64,000 nt of DNA from Pseudomonadota bacterium (GTDB lineage: Bacteria > Bdellovibrionota_B > Oligoflexia > Oligoflexales > CAIYRB01). The notes under the pieces were generated by a model. It was not told the origin of the DNA. It worked only from the letters and a program-made list of their open reading frames with translations, and did not search any database. The stretch is taken from the NCBI GenBank assembly GCA_031416315.1, contig JANOTL010000035.1, positions 1 through 64,000 of the forward strand, written 5' to 3'. Both the position numbers and the translations under genes were made by a program. Of the stretch, positions 21,078-30,978 are shown in pieces (positions within the stretch are counted from its first letter, which is position 1; each line of letters opens with the position of its first letter).

Positions 21078-22604
21078 TCACCAAGGCGACGGCGCGTAGT
21101 CCTTCAGGAACTTGCCCCACACGTGGGTGCCGGAGTTCAGGCCTGAGAAGATCGGGTCGAGGATGCGCGCCGCGCCGTCGACGATGTCGAGCGGCGGCTG
21201 GAAGTCGATCTCGCGCTGCTTGCGCTCGGCGATCTCCGCCGGGTCCTCGTCGGTGACCCAGCCGGTGTCGACGGCGTTCATGTGGATGCCGTCCCGGACG
21301 TAGTCGCGCGCCGAGGTCAAAGTCATCATGTTGAGCGCGGCCTTCGCCATGTTCGTGTGCGGATGCTTGTCGGTCTTGGTGAGGCGCGAGAAGATACCTT
21401 CCATCGCCGACACGTTCACCATGTGCTTGTCCTGGCTCGGCGCACGCAGCATCAAGGCCTTCAGCTTCGCGCACAAGATGAACGGCGCGACGGCGTTCAC
21501 GAGCTGCACCTCGATCATCTCCGCGGTCTGCACCTCGGCGAGCGACAGGCGCCAGCTGTTGACGCGGCGCAGGTCGACCTGCTGCAGGTCGGCGTCGAGG
21601 CGACCCTCAGGGAAGGCGGCGAGGCTGAAGGTCGAATCCTCGAGCGTGAACGGCACCTGCGAGAGCTGCGCGGACGAGCGCACGCCGATGCCGGCGCCAA
21701 ATCCGGGCAGCGCCAGCGACTGATCGCCTTTTAGCGCGGCGTGGCTTTCCAAGAGGTGTCGTTCGGCCGCGGTGAGCGACTCCACCGCCTGCTCCTCGCG
21801 CTCGAGCAGATGCTTGTAGAAGGCGGGTGGCCGCCGCACGGTCTGAGCGGCGTTGTTGATCAGGAAGTCGAGGCGCTCGAAATTGTGGTCGAGATGCTGC
21901 GCGAAAAGCTCGACGCTCGGCGAATGGCGCAAGTCGAGGCCGTGCACGTGCACGCGATCCTGCCAGACGGCGAAATCCGGCTCGCGCGCATAACGTTGAG
22001 CGGCGTCGTGAGGAAAGCGCGTGGTGGCGACCACGGTGGCGCCGGCGCGCAGGAGCATCAGCGACGCCTGGAAGCCGATCTTCACGCGGGCGCCGGTGAT
22101 CACGGCGACGCGACCCTCGAGGCCCGCCGTCTGGAAGCGCTTCGCGTAGTTGTGCGCGGCGCAATCGGGACAGAGGGCGTCGTAGAAAAAATGCAGCTCG
22201 ACGAAATCTTCCTTGCAAACATAGCAGTGGCGCGGCGTCGCGAGGCGGGCCGCCTGGATCCCGCCGGAGCGGGACGCGGCGGCGGGACCGGCCGGCAAAA
22301 CCCCAGGGCGTGCCGCCGGAGCCTGATACACCGCCGCATGCCGCGCCGTCCGGATCTCGGTCGTCGCCTTCGCCGCACGATCCGCGGCGATGCGTTTGCG
22401 GCGCTCGCCTTTGCGCATCGCCTTCGACAGCATGTCGAGCTCGCGACGGTCCGGGCGCGAGACGCGACCGGCAGCCATCAGGAGACCGATGCGGTCCGCG
22501 TCGGGCACGTCGGCGAGCAGGGCGCGATTGGCAATCAACGCCTCCAGGACCTCGCGGGCCCGGCGCATCTCTTCCAGGGTGAACGGTGGGGATGAGCTTG
22601 TCAT
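21078..22604 (-). CDS. Extended SDR-family oxidoreductase with N-terminal Cys4 motif
   Basis: CYVC...CPDC; ITGARVKIG, LINNAAQT, VNVSAMEG, HTNMAKAAL, VDTGWV. Confidence 0.88.
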   Translation of the reverse strand: MTSSSPPFTLEEMRRAREVLEALIANRALLADVPDADRIGLLMAAGRVSRPDRRELDMLSKAMRKGERRKRIAADRAAKATTEIRTARHAAVYQAPAARPGVLPAGPAAASRSGGIQAARLATPRHCYVCKEDFVELHFFYDALCPDCAAHNYAKRFQTAGLEGRVAVITGARVKIGFQASLMLLRAGATVVATTRFPHDAAQRYAREPDFAVWQDRVHVHGLDLRHSPSVELFAQHLDHNFERLDFLINNAAQTVRRPPAFYKHLLEREEQAVESLTAAERHLLESHAALKGDQSLALPGFGAGIGVRSSAQLSQVPFTLEDSTFSLAAFPEGRLDADLQQVDLRRVNSWRLSLAEVQTAEMIEVQLVNAVAPFILCAKLKALMLRAPSQDKHMVNVSAMEGIFSRLTKTDKHPHTNMAKAALNMMTLTSARDYVRDGIHMNAVDTGWVTDEDPAEIAERKQREIDFQPPLDIVDGAARILDPIFSGLNSGTHVWGKFLKDYAPSPW

Positions 22605-22624
22605 GAGCCCTCCTTCTAGCGAAA

Positions 22625-22640
22625 TGGCCCGCTGATTGCA
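22625..22640 (+). promoter_or_regulatory. Putative sigma54 promoter (-24/-12)
   Basis: TGGCCCGCTGATTGCA has GG-N10-GC spacing and lies 30 nt upstream of the M48 start. Confidence 0.5.
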
Positions 22641-22670
22641 CCTGCGGAACGCAGAATGGGAGGATCCTCG

Positions 22671-23447
22671 ATGAGAGTTGCCCTGATCATCTTGTTGGCG
22701 CTGTCCGGCTGCGCCCGTGCCCCGGTGACCGGTCGCCGAACCCTCACCCTTGTGCCCGCGTCGCAGATGAATCAACTCGGGGCTGAGGCTTATCAGGAGG
22801 CCCTTTCGCAAACGCCGCGCAGCGACCGCTCCGACTGGAACGAGATGGTCCGCCGCGTCGGCAGCCGGATCGCCGCCGTCTCCGGCGCCGAATTCGACTG
22901 GGAGTTCAACGTCCTGGACGCGCCGGACCAGGTCAACGCCTTTGCCCTCCCGGGTGGCAAAGTCGCCATTTATACGGGGATTCTGCCCGTCCTACAGAAC
23001 GAGGCGGCGCTGGCGGCGGTCATCGGGCACGAGGTCGCCCATGTGACCGCGCAACATTCCGCGGAGCGGATCTCGCAGACGATGCTGGTCCAGCTCGGGC
23101 TTGCCGCTGCCGACCTGAGTCTCAAAGACGGGAAACAGCGCGGAATGCTGATGGGCCTCCTGGGCCTCGGGGCGCAGGTCGGAGTGCTTCTGCCCTTCAG
23201 CCGCCTGGAGGAGAGCGAGGCCGACGAGATCGGCCTCCACTACATGGCGGAGGCTGGCTACGACCCGCGCGAGGCGTCGGAGCTGTGGAAGCGGATGGGC
23301 GCGGCGGGAGGCGCCGCGCCGCCGGAGCTTCTGTCGACGCACCCCGCCTCCGAGACGCGCGTGCTCGATCTCGCGAGTCAGGTTTCGGACGTGAGCACGC
23401 TCTACGAGCAAAGCGACAAGCAAGAGTCGCGGCCGATTGCGCACTGA
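22671..23447 (+). CDS. M48 family metallopeptidase lipoprotein
   Basis: Lipobox LSG-C; VNAFALPGG, GHEVAH (HExxH), ESEAD, LSTHP. Confidence 0.95.
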   Translation: MRVALIILLALSGCARAPVTGRRTLTLVPASQMNQLGAEAYQEALSQTPRSDRSDWNEMVRRVGSRIAAVSGAEFDWEFNVLDAPDQVNAFALPGGKVAIYTGILPVLQNEAALAAVIGHEVAHVTAQHSAERISQTMLVQLGLAAADLSLKDGKQRGMLMGLLGLGAQVGVLLPFSRLEESEADEIGLHYMAEAGYDPREASELWKRMGAAGGAAPPELLSTHPASETRVLDLASQVSDVSTLYEQSDKQESRPIAH

Positions 23448-23473
23448 AGCGCCGGGGCGGAGACAGCTGTCTC

Positions 23474-24373
23474 TCATAGGCTCCGGCGGCCCGCGAGCAG
23501 CCCATAGATCTCGACATACCCATGCCATGCCGCTAAGCAAAAGTAGACGCTCCTGGCCAGCGGCGCTTCGACCAAGACCCATAGCAGCGTGAGGCCGCAC
23601 ACGCCGCCGAGGACGAGGCGCGCGCCGAGCGGCCCGAAGTCCCGGCGAAGAAAGCCGAGGGATTGGCGAAAGGTCACCGGCGACGGTCGCGGCAGGTTTT
23701 GCTCCGGGATGGCTTTCAGCCACACGAAGTAGTGTGCCGCCTGCCCGAAGGCGTAAGTCGCAAGAAAGCCCGCGCCGGCGAAGAGCGCGACGGAAAGCGC
23801 GAGGAAGCCCCCGAAGGCGGCGAGCGCCACGCGTCTTTCCCGCGGCTCCGTCGCAAGGCGGTGCCAATGCAGATAGGCGACCGCGTTGTGGACCAAGATC
23901 ATCGCCTCCACGGTAGCGCTCGGCCGCCAGAGCGAGACGGCCGCGAACGGCGCGAGCACGAGCGCGTGCCGCCACGTCGGTTTCCACACGCAGAGGAGGC
24001 CGGCGCAAAGCCCGAGCTCGAGCCCGTTGCCGCGGATCGCCGGCAGGAGCCCGAGGAACATCGCGAGCCGCGCCAAGGCGAAAAGCCCCGCGACGCACGC
24101 GACGCGCGCCAGGATCGCCTTGGGCACCGCATAGCGCAGACTCGCGAACAAGTGCGGAAACCCATAAAAGAACGGGCCAAAGGCGAGGAGCGTCCACGGA
24201 GAGACGAATGCCACGCTTGCCGCCGCGCCGCAGACGAGCGTGTGGCCGAAGAAGAGCCGCTCGCCGCGCGTCGCGAAAAGGCGCCGGACGACGGGCAGGC
24301 CGAAGCTCAGCCGCAAGGCCGCGCAGCGCAAGACGTCGAGCTTGGTGGCGATGGTGGCGTCGAGCGCGCGCAT
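23474..24373 (-). CDS. Multi-pass membrane protein, function unknown
   Basis: Many hydrophobic segments; His motifs GFPH, HN, QAAHY, WHGYVE. Confidence 0.7.
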   Translation of the reverse strand: MRALDATIATKLDVLRCAALRLSFGLPVVRRLFATRGERLFFGHTLVCGAAASVAFVSPWTLLAFGPFFYGFPHLFASLRYAVPKAILARVACVAGLFALARLAMFLGLLPAIRGNGLELGLCAGLLCVWKPTWRHALVLAPFAAVSLWRPSATVEAMILVHNAVAYLHWHRLATEPRERRVALAAFGGFLALSVALFAGAGFLATYAFGQAAHYFVWLKAIPEQNLPRPSPVTFRQSLGFLRRDFGPLGARLVLGGVCGLTLLWVLVEAPLARSVYFCLAAWHGYVEIYGLLAGRRSL

Positions 24374-24426
24374 GGGTTCGGCTCCCGCTTCATGATATAT
24401 TTTAAGCCCATCACGAGGTAGCGGCA

Positions 24427-25695
24427 GTGGCGGAAATCGTCGGACATGGCCGTCGCAAAGCGGCACTGGCGTTCATCTTCGTGACCGCCGTCCTCGACGT
24501 GCTGGCGCTCGGCGTGATCATCCCGGTCTTGCCGAAGTTGGTGCAGAGCTTCGTGCAAGGCGACACCGTCACCGCCGTGAAGGTCTATGGCGTGTTCGGC
24601 ACCGTGTTCGCGCTGATGCAGTTCATCTTCTCGCCGATCCTGGGCTCGCTCTCCGACCGGTTCGGCCGCCGGCCGATCGTCCTGATCTCCAACTTCGGCA
24701 TGGCGGCCGATTACGTGCTCATGGCGTTGGCGCCGTCGATCGGCTGGCTCTTCGTCGGCCGCATCCTGTCCGGCATCACCGCCTCGAGCATGGGGACGGC
24801 CGGCGCCTACATCGCCGACGTGACGCCGCCGGAAAAAAGGGCGCAGAGCTTCGGCATGCTCGGCGCGGCCTTCGGCATCGGCTTCATCCTGGGACCCGCG
24901 CTGGGCGGCTTGATCGGCGGGATCGACCCGCGCGCGCCGTTCTGGGCCGCCGCGGCCCTCAGTTTCCTCAACGCCGTCTACGGCACCTTCGTCCTGCCGG
25001 AGTCCCTGCCGAAAGACAGGCGCACGCCGTTCTCGTGGCGACGCGCCAATCCGCTCGGCTCGCTCAAGCTCTTGCGCGCGCACAAGGGCCTTTTGGGCCT
25101 GGCGTCGATGAACTTTTTGATGAACGTCTCGCACGCCGTCTACCCGAGCATCTTCGTCCTGTTCGCCGGCTATCGCTACGGCTGGGACGAGCGCGACGTC
25201 GGCCTGTCGCTCGCGGCGTTCGGAGTCGCCGCGATGATCGTGCAAGGCGGGCTCGTCCAGCCGATCGTGACCAAGCTCGGCGAGCGCAAGACGCTACTTT
25301 TGGGCTTGATCTGCGGCTCGATCGGCTTCGCCACCTTCGGGCTGGCGCCGAACGGGTCGGCCTTCTTCATCGGCCTGCCCTTCGGCTCCCTCGCGGGGAT
25401 CGCCGGCGCCGCGGTGCAGGGGCTCATGTCGAAGTGCGTCGGCTCGGAAGAGCAAGGGCAGCTGCAGGGGGCAAACAGCAGCTTGTTTGGTGTCGCCGAG
25501 CTGATCGGCCCGGGGCTCTTCACCTTCACCTTCGCCGTCTTCATCAACGAGAACGGGCCCAAGATCCCCGGCGCGCCGTGGTTCCTCGCTTCGGCGATCG
25601 TCGCCGCGGCGTTCGGCGTCGCGCTCTACGTGACGCGCAAGGAGGAGCCGGCGCCGATGGCGGCGCCGGCTCGCGAGTCAGGACCGGCGGCCTGA
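24427..25695 (+). CDS. TetA/DHA1-type MFS efflux transporter
   Basis: [11 protein letters not shown] motif A, GRILSG motif [11 protein letters not shown] antiporter motif C. Confidence 0.93.
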   Translation: MAEIVGHGRRKAALAFIFVTAVLDVLALGVIIPVLPKLVQSFVQGDTVTAVKVYGVFGTVFALMQFIFSPILGSLSDRFGRRPIVLISNFGMAADYVLMALAPSIGWLFVGRILSGITASSMGTAGAYIADVTPPEKRAQSFGMLGAAFGIGFILGPALGGLIGGIDPRAPFWAAAALSFLNAVYGTFVLPESLPKDRRTPFSWRRANPLGSLKLLRAHKGLLGLASMNFLMNVSHAVYPSIFVLFAGYRYGWDERDVGLSLAAFGVAAMIVQGGLVQPIVTKLGERKTLLLGLICGSIGFATFGLAPNGSAFFIGLPFGSLAGIAGAAVQGLMSKCVGSEEQGQLQGANSSLFGVAELIGPGLFTFTFAVFINENGPKIPGAPWFLASAIVAAAFGVALYVTRKEEPAPMAAPARESGPAA

Positions 25696-25887
25696 GGCCT
25701 TCGAGTAGCCGCTGGAGGCCGAGCGCGGCTTTTTCTTGAAGGACGCGTCGCCCTTCTTTTTCTTCTTCGCGACCGAGACGTGCTCGGTCTGGTTTTTGGT
25801 CGGCGGCATCGGCTTCTTGCCGGCGCCGGCGGCCAGAGCCACGGGCGAGACGGCGACGGCGAGGGCCAGGATCATGGAGCGCAACAT
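25678..25887 (-). CDS. Small secreted Lys-rich protein
   Basis: AAGGAG RBS; signal peptide; basic mature part. Confidence 0.55.
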   Translation of the reverse strand: MLRSMILALAVAVSPVALAAGAGKKPMPPTKNQTEHVSVAKKKKKGDASFKKKPRSASSGYSKASGRRS

Positions 25888-25902
25888 ACGGATCTCCTTG
25901 AG

Positions 25903-26313
25903 TTAGCGGTCGTACACATCGAAAGTGAAATCGGCCTCGTCGCCGGTGTCGATCTCCAAGAAGTCGCGCCATTCGCGGTTGGCGCCGCTGCAGCTCTGGT
26001 CCGCGTTCAGGATGTTGAAGCTGCGGCCCGTGACGACGCAGAAGCGGTCGTTGCCGGCGATCTCCATGCCTTCCTCGTCGTGGCCGTAAAGGTAGTAGAA
26101 GCGATTCGGCAGCGCGCCCGTGACGACTTTGGTGCAGGCGCCGTTCGCCTCGACGGTGGTCCAGCCCCGCGTGATGTAGCCGGCGTCGGTGTCGGACGCG
26201 AGGGCGACGAAGGTGCGGACGCCGCTGTGGTTGCACACGCTCAGATCGGCAAGTGCGGTGCCGGCGACGCCGGCGGCGAGAAGTGCGAGGGCCGTGGAAG
26301 CGATGATTTTCAT
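25903..26313 (-). CDS. DUF1036-family secreted protein
   Basis: Signal ALA-DLSVCN, GW...C, RFYYLY, FCV, FLEIDTG. Confidence 0.8.
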   Translation of the reverse strand: MKIIASTALALLAAGVAGTALADLSVCNHSGVRTFVALASDTDAGYITRGWTTVEANGACTKVVTGALPNRFYYLYGHDEEGMEIAGNDRFCVVTGRSFNILNADQSCSGANREWRDFLEIDTGDEADFTFDVYDR

Positions 26314-26502
26314 GGGTTTCTCCAGCGTTTGAGAGGGCCAAGACTCATATGCCGCTCTTTTGCAAGCGCCGTGCGCGCGCAAAAACGCTAGCGCTAGCGT
26401 TCCGGCTGCAGAGACGCGGGCTTGCTGCGCTAGACCGAATTTCGACAGCTGTGTCGTCGGCCACACGTGCGCGTTGCGCACGACTCAGGTAGTCTCGCTC
26501 GC

Positions 26503-27411
26503 ATGCGTGAAAATCAGCACCGACTCCTGCGACGTACTTTCATCCACTTCGGCGGCGTCGGCCCCGAGCGTGAGCAAAAGCTTTGGGCGAGCGGCGTTGC
26601 CGACTGGGATGCGCTCGCAACCGAGGCGAGCCAGATCTTCAAGGCGGGCAAACGCCTGGACGCCTTGCGGCGCGGGCTCGACCAGTCGCTGGAGGCGTGG
26701 GAGCGGCGCGATCTCTACTTTTTCCATCGGGCTCTGCCCCCGCGCGAGCGGTGGCGGCTGATTCCAGCGGATCTCGACGGCATCGCCTACTTCGACATCG
26801 AGGCCTCCGGCGGCGGCATGCCGCCCTCCTGCCATTCGACGGCGATCGCCTTCTATTTCCGCGGCGAAGTGCTGCAGGAGCATGAGACCCACAAGAAGCG
26901 CGCGTTGATCGAGCGCATCCTGGATGAAGCGGCGGTCCTCGTGACCTACAACGGCGCGAGCTACGACGTGCCGTTCCTGACGGCCGAGTTCGCGACGCCG
27001 TTCCATCGCGCGCACGTCGACCTTTGTCCCTGGCTGCGCCGGCTGGGTCTGAAAGGCGGCTTGAAGGGCGTGCAAAAGGCGCTGCCGCACATTCATCAAC
27101 GCGTCTCAATGGATATCGACGGCTATGATGCCGTGCGGCTGTGGCGCTTGCACGAATCCGGCGAAGGCGGCGCGCTCGAGACCCTGCTGACTTACAACGC
27201 CGAGGACGCGATCGTTCTGGAGCCGCTCCTTTGCGAGGCGTGGAACCGGGAAGTGAAAGAGCGGCCGGAGCTTGCGCTCGAGCCGCTCGTCTCGCCCCCG
27301 GTGACTTCGCTCTCGACCGCGGTGGTGCCGCGGATCTATGAGCTGCTCCGGAGCTCCGGATCCTCCCGGCCTCAGTGGCTCGGTTTCGGACCCTCGGCCC
27401 AAGAAGCGTAG
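26503..27411 (+). CDS. YprB-like RNase H-fold (DEDD) exonuclease
   Basis: YFDIE, TYNGASYDVPFL, GGLKGVQ, YNAEDA. Confidence 0.88.
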   Translation: MRENQHRLLRRTFIHFGGVGPEREQKLWASGVADWDALATEASQIFKAGKRLDALRRGLDQSLEAWERRDLYFFHRALPPRERWRLIPADLDGIAYFDIEASGGGMPPSCHSTAIAFYFRGEVLQEHETHKKRALIERILDEAAVLVTYNGASYDVPFLTAEFATPFHRAHVDLCPWLRRLGLKGGLKGVQKALPHIHQRVSMDIDGYDAVRLWRLHESGEGGALETLLTYNAEDAIVLEPLLCEAWNREVKERPELALEPLVSPPVTSLSTAVVPRIYELLRSSGSSRPQWLGFGPSAQEA

Positions 27412-29030
27412 CGGAAGTCGGTGCCGACGCCGACGAGGTTCTTGGTCACGCCGGAGAGGCCCGGCGCCATGATGTAGGCGCCGCCGGTTTGGTAGAACGG
27501 GATCGAGGGGGCGTCGGCGAGGAAGATCGCCTCCGCCTCCGCTATGAGCTTCATGCGCTTCACGCCGTCGCTCTCGAGGTTGGCCTTCGCGATCAACTCG
27601 TCGTGCTTGGCGTTGGCCCAGCCGGTGAAGTTGTTGTCGTTGGTCGCGGTGTGGTAGTCGGCGAAGGTCATGACGTCGATGTAGTCAGGGCACCAGCCGG
27701 TCATCGCGAGGTCGTAGTCGTGGTCCCGCTCGCGCTGAACCATGGCTTTCAAGGGCAGGTTCTCGATGCGCACCTCGGCGCCCAGGACCTTGGCCAAGGC
27801 GTTTTGCCAGTATTCGCCGTGCTTGCGCGAGCCGGAAGAGTCGGTCGTGAGAATCGAGATGACCGGCGGCTTCTTCGCGCCGGAGCTCTTCAAGTAGTCC
27901 TCGACGTGCTTCTTCGCGGCGGCGACGTCGGCGTCCTTCCACTTCACCGGGACTTCCTTGCGGAAGCGCGTCTTCGTCGTCGAGCCCGGCATGTAGTCGG
28001 GGATGAAGGTGAAGATCGGCTTGTTGCCTGGCATGGCGACGATCTTGTTTACGAACTCGTTGCGGTCGATGCCCTTCTGCACGGCTAGGCGCAGATCCTT
28101 CGACTCGAAGGGGCGGCCTTTGCCGACGTTGAGCGCCATGAGGCTGACGCAGCCAGTCTCGTACGGCTGGATCTTCAGCTTGGCGTCCTGCGCCTGACGG
28201 ATGATCTCGCCGGTCTTCGTCGAGATGTAGTCGATGCCGCCGGTGATGAAGTTGTTGTAGTCGGCTTGCGCCTCCTTCACGAGAGAAGGGGACTCGACGG
28301 CGGTGATCTTGATGGCCGCGGCGTTCCAGTAGGTGGACGTTTTCTCCAGGCGGATGGAGCTCTCCTTCTCCCATTTCGCCAGCTTAAAGGGGCCGTTGCC
28401 GACGATGCTCGCCTGGTCGACCGCGAAGCGCTCGCCGAACTTCTCCACGAGGTCTTGGCGCACGGGGTAGAAGATCTGGAAAGCCATGAGCGAGTCGAAG
28501 AACATGCCGGGACGGTCGAGCTCGACGCGGAGCGTGCGGTCGTCGACGGCTTTCACGCCGAGCTGCTCTTTCGGCATCTTCTTCGTGATGATGGCTTCGG
28601 CGTTGAGGAAGCCGGCGGTAATGGCGATGAACGAATAGACGCTGGCGTAGCTAGGGTCGACGAGCCGCTTGAAGGTGTACTCGAAGTCCTTCGCGGTGAC
28701 GGGCTTGCCGTCGTGCCACTTCGCGTCCTTGCGGATGACGAAGGTCCAAACCTTCTTGTCGGGGCTGGCGCTGAAGCTCTCCGCCGTCGCGGGGACGAGC
28801 TCGCCCTTCGCGTCGTAGCCGAGGAGGCCCTCGAACATGTGGCCCAGAAGGGAAGAGCTCGAGCCGTCGGCCTGCTTCGTCGGATCCAGGCTCACGGGCT
28901 CGGCGCCGAGGCTCCAGTAGATCTCCTGCGCGGCGCGGCGCTCGGCGCGGGACTTGGCCGAGGCGCCGGCGAGCGCGGCGGGCGCGAGCAGGACGAGCGC
29001 CAAAACGGCGCAAAACGAAGGCTTCAGCAT
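27372..29030 (-). CDS. oppA: Oligopeptide ABC transporter substrate-binding protein
   Basis: EPVSLDP, FEGLL, AKWHDGKPVTAKDF, GNGPFKL, GWCPDY; signal peptide. Confidence 0.92.
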   Translation of the reverse strand: MLKPSFCAVLALVLLAPAALAGASAKSRAERRAAQEIYWSLGAEPVSLDPTKQADGSSSSLLGHMFEGLLGYDAKGELVPATAESFSASPDKKVWTFVIRKDAKWHDGKPVTAKDFEYTFKRLVDPSYASVYSFIAITAGFLNAEAIITKKMPKEQLGVKAVDDRTLRVELDRPGMFFDSLMAFQIFYPVRQDLVEKFGERFAVDQASIVGNGPFKLAKWEKESSIRLEKTSTYWNAAAIKITAVESPSLVKEAQADYNNFITGGIDYISTKTGEIIRQAQDAKLKIQPYETGCVSLMALNVGKGRPFESKDLRLAVQKGIDRNEFVNKIVAMPGNKPIFTFIPDYMPGSTTKTRFRKEVPVKWKDADVAAAKKHVEDYLKSSGAKKPPVISILTTDSSGSRKHGEYWQNALAKVLGAEVRIENLPLKAMVQRERDHDYDLAMTGWCPDYIDVMTFADYHTATNDNNFTGWANAKHDELIAKANLESDGVKRMKLIAEAEAIFLADAPSIPFYQTGGAYIMAPGLSGVTKNLVGVGTDFRYASWAEGPKPSH

Positions 29031-29103
29031 GGAAGAGATCCTCTCGGATGACGAAAAGTAATCTCTTCCTCTACAGTCCTTCGCCCGCGCCGTTCAATAA
29101 GAT

Positions 29104-30123
29104 TCAGCGCGGCTCCAAGAGCATGACGCTCCAGGGATTATCGCCGCCCGAGACCGCGTCTCGGCTACAAGTGGCGCCGACGACCGGACGGCCGTATTCG
29201 TCGCGGTAGGTTCTAATGAGGCCAGGGCGCGCCGCTTCGCAGGCATCATAGCTCCGGAAGCGCTCGACGCTCGCCGTGTTGTAGAGCGCCGGCATGCCGA
29301 GCGTCACGACATACACGGTGTAGTAGTTCATCACCCAGTCGCTGGTGCAGACGCTCGCCAAAGTCGATGCGCCGCGAACGGACCCGAACGCGGTGCTAGT
29401 GAGCGCGAGCGCCTGATTGCACTGCGCCTCCGTCTCGACGAAAGCGATGCGCTCGCCCTCGACGCGGATCTTGGTCTCGGGCGTGGCGTAATAGCCGATG
29501 CCGATCGTGGAGTCGCCGGCGGCGGGCTCGAGCTTGACGAAGCGCACGTCGGCGCCCGAGGCCTCGACGCCTTCGCGCACCGAGGCGGCGACGTCTTCCG
29601 GCTCGACGCCTACGAGCTCGCCGAAGAGGCGCGTCGACTCGACGAGCGGCGCTTTCACGGGCGCGCCGAAAGCGTCGATACGGTGACCGTAGGGCAGCTC
29701 GTCGGCGAACACGTCCTCATAGCAGTAAGAGACGAAGGGCTCGAGCTGAGTCGCCGTCTGAAAGTGCGCGGTCTCCGCTTCGAGCGCGGCGTCGCATTCG
29801 GCGCGCGTCGCGTAGAGGCCGCCCGCGCCGTCGAGCGTGCCGTAGCGATCGTATGTCGTGACGAGCGGCAACGCGGCCTCGGCCTCGTAGCTAAAGACGA
29901 GCTTCGCGCCCACGGCGTTCGCGCTCGCGCAAATCGCGCGGGTGACCGAGACGCCGGGCATCGCGGCGAGGCGCTCGCCCAGGGTGCGCGCAGCGGCGTG
30001 ACACGCGGCGGCGTCGGCCGGGTACGCCTGCAGCTCGTACGTGAAAGGAGCCGCGAAGGCGACGGAGGCGTAGCCGCTGGCCGCAAAGGCCAAGCTGGCG
30101 CAGAACAGGCGTGGGGTCCGCAT
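29104..30123 (-). CDS. Secreted Cys-rich hypothetical protein
   Basis: Signal peptide (AFA-A); repeated 'xxxC..A' helical units; AAGGA RBS. Confidence 0.75.
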   Translation of the reverse strand: MRTPRLFCASLAFAASGYASVAFAAPFTYELQAYPADAAACHAAARTLGERLAAMPGVSVTRAICASANAVGAKLVFSYEAEAALPLVTTYDRYGTLDGAGGLYATRAECDAALEAETAHFQTATQLEPFVSYCYEDVFADELPYGHRIDAFGAPVKAPLVESTRLFGELVGVEPEDVAASVREGVEASGADVRFVKLEPAAGDSTIGIGYYATPETKIRVEGERIAFVETEAQCNQALALTSTAFGSVRGASTLASVCTSDWVMNYYTVYVVTLGMPALYNTASVERFRSYDACEAARPGLIRTYRDEYGRPVVGATCSRDAVSGGDNPWSVMLLEPR

Positions 30124-30277
30124 GGTTCCATCCTTTTTGTAGAGAAAGCTCCTCGGATTCAACCACGCCAGTTCGAGGAGGTCGAGACCGTTCAGCATGC
30201 GAATCCTGCGTTTCGGTCGCCTGCCCCTACCGTCGTCGTGAGAGCCGCTCTAGGATGCGCCTCGGAGGACAAGAACC

Positions 30278-30871
30278 ATGAACAACTCGATCTGGCGCTC
30301 GCTTTTCGCAATAGTCACAGCTGTTTGCGTCGCCGCTCCGGCGTTCGGCGCCGATCTCCCGGCCACCGGCTGCGAGATCTTCCTGAAAAAGGTCGGTGTG
30401 GCTCCCAGCTCGCACGGTTTCGGCGCCATGCCGGTCGTGGTGAAAGTCGGCTGGATCGGCAACGGCGAGCAGATCGAGCGCGTGGGCTTTTACGGATTCA
30501 GCCGCGCGACCGACCTCGGGAACGCGTCGAGCTGCAATTGGAGCCCGCAGTACGACGATCGCGATTGGAAGATCCACGAGCCACAGGCTGGCGGCTACTA
30601 CGCGACGGAATACGGCGAGTATTCGTTCTCGTTCCCCGTCCACAGTGGCTCGGTCGTCAGCATCTGCCCTGGGTTTCAGTACACGTGGGTCGGGACCTTC
30701 TTCGTGCAGACGAGCAAGAACACGTACTGGGTCAATCCTGACATGGACTCCAGCAAGTACTTTTACTTCGACGACAACGGCTGGGACAACCTCGAGCGCT
30801 TCACTTACATGGGCGTCGTGTCGACGGCGCGGAGCGAGCTCCGCTACTACAACCCGCGCGAGTGTCGCTAG
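30278..30871 (+). CDS. Secreted hypothetical protein
   Basis: GGAGG RBS; signal peptide; aromatic-rich, beta-type composition. Confidence 0.8.
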   Translation: MNNSIWRSLFAIVTAVCVAAPAFGADLPATGCEIFLKKVGVAPSSHGFGAMPVVVKVGWIGNGEQIERVGFYGFSRATDLGNASSCNWSPQYDDRDWKIHEPQAGGYYATEYGEYSFSFPVHSGSVVSICPGFQYTWVGTFFVQTSKNTYWVNPDMDSSKYFYFDDNGWDNLERFTYMGVVSTARSELRYYNPRECR

Positions 30872-30978
30872 TTGGCCTTTGCCTTCGCCCTCCGCAGTCT
30901 TTCGAGACAGGCTTTAGCGCGAGGAGCAGAGCGTGAAGACGATTCATGTTCGGCGTCCGTTCGTGCGCGTCGCGTTGA

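Noticed and set aside
24427..25695. Acquired tetracycline-resistance gene
   Set aside because: No tetR or mobile context and host-like codon usage; substrate cannot be assigned
26361..26376. Sigma54 promoter upstream of the DUF1036 gene
   Set aside because: TTGCA is present but the -24 GG is replaced (GCGCAC)
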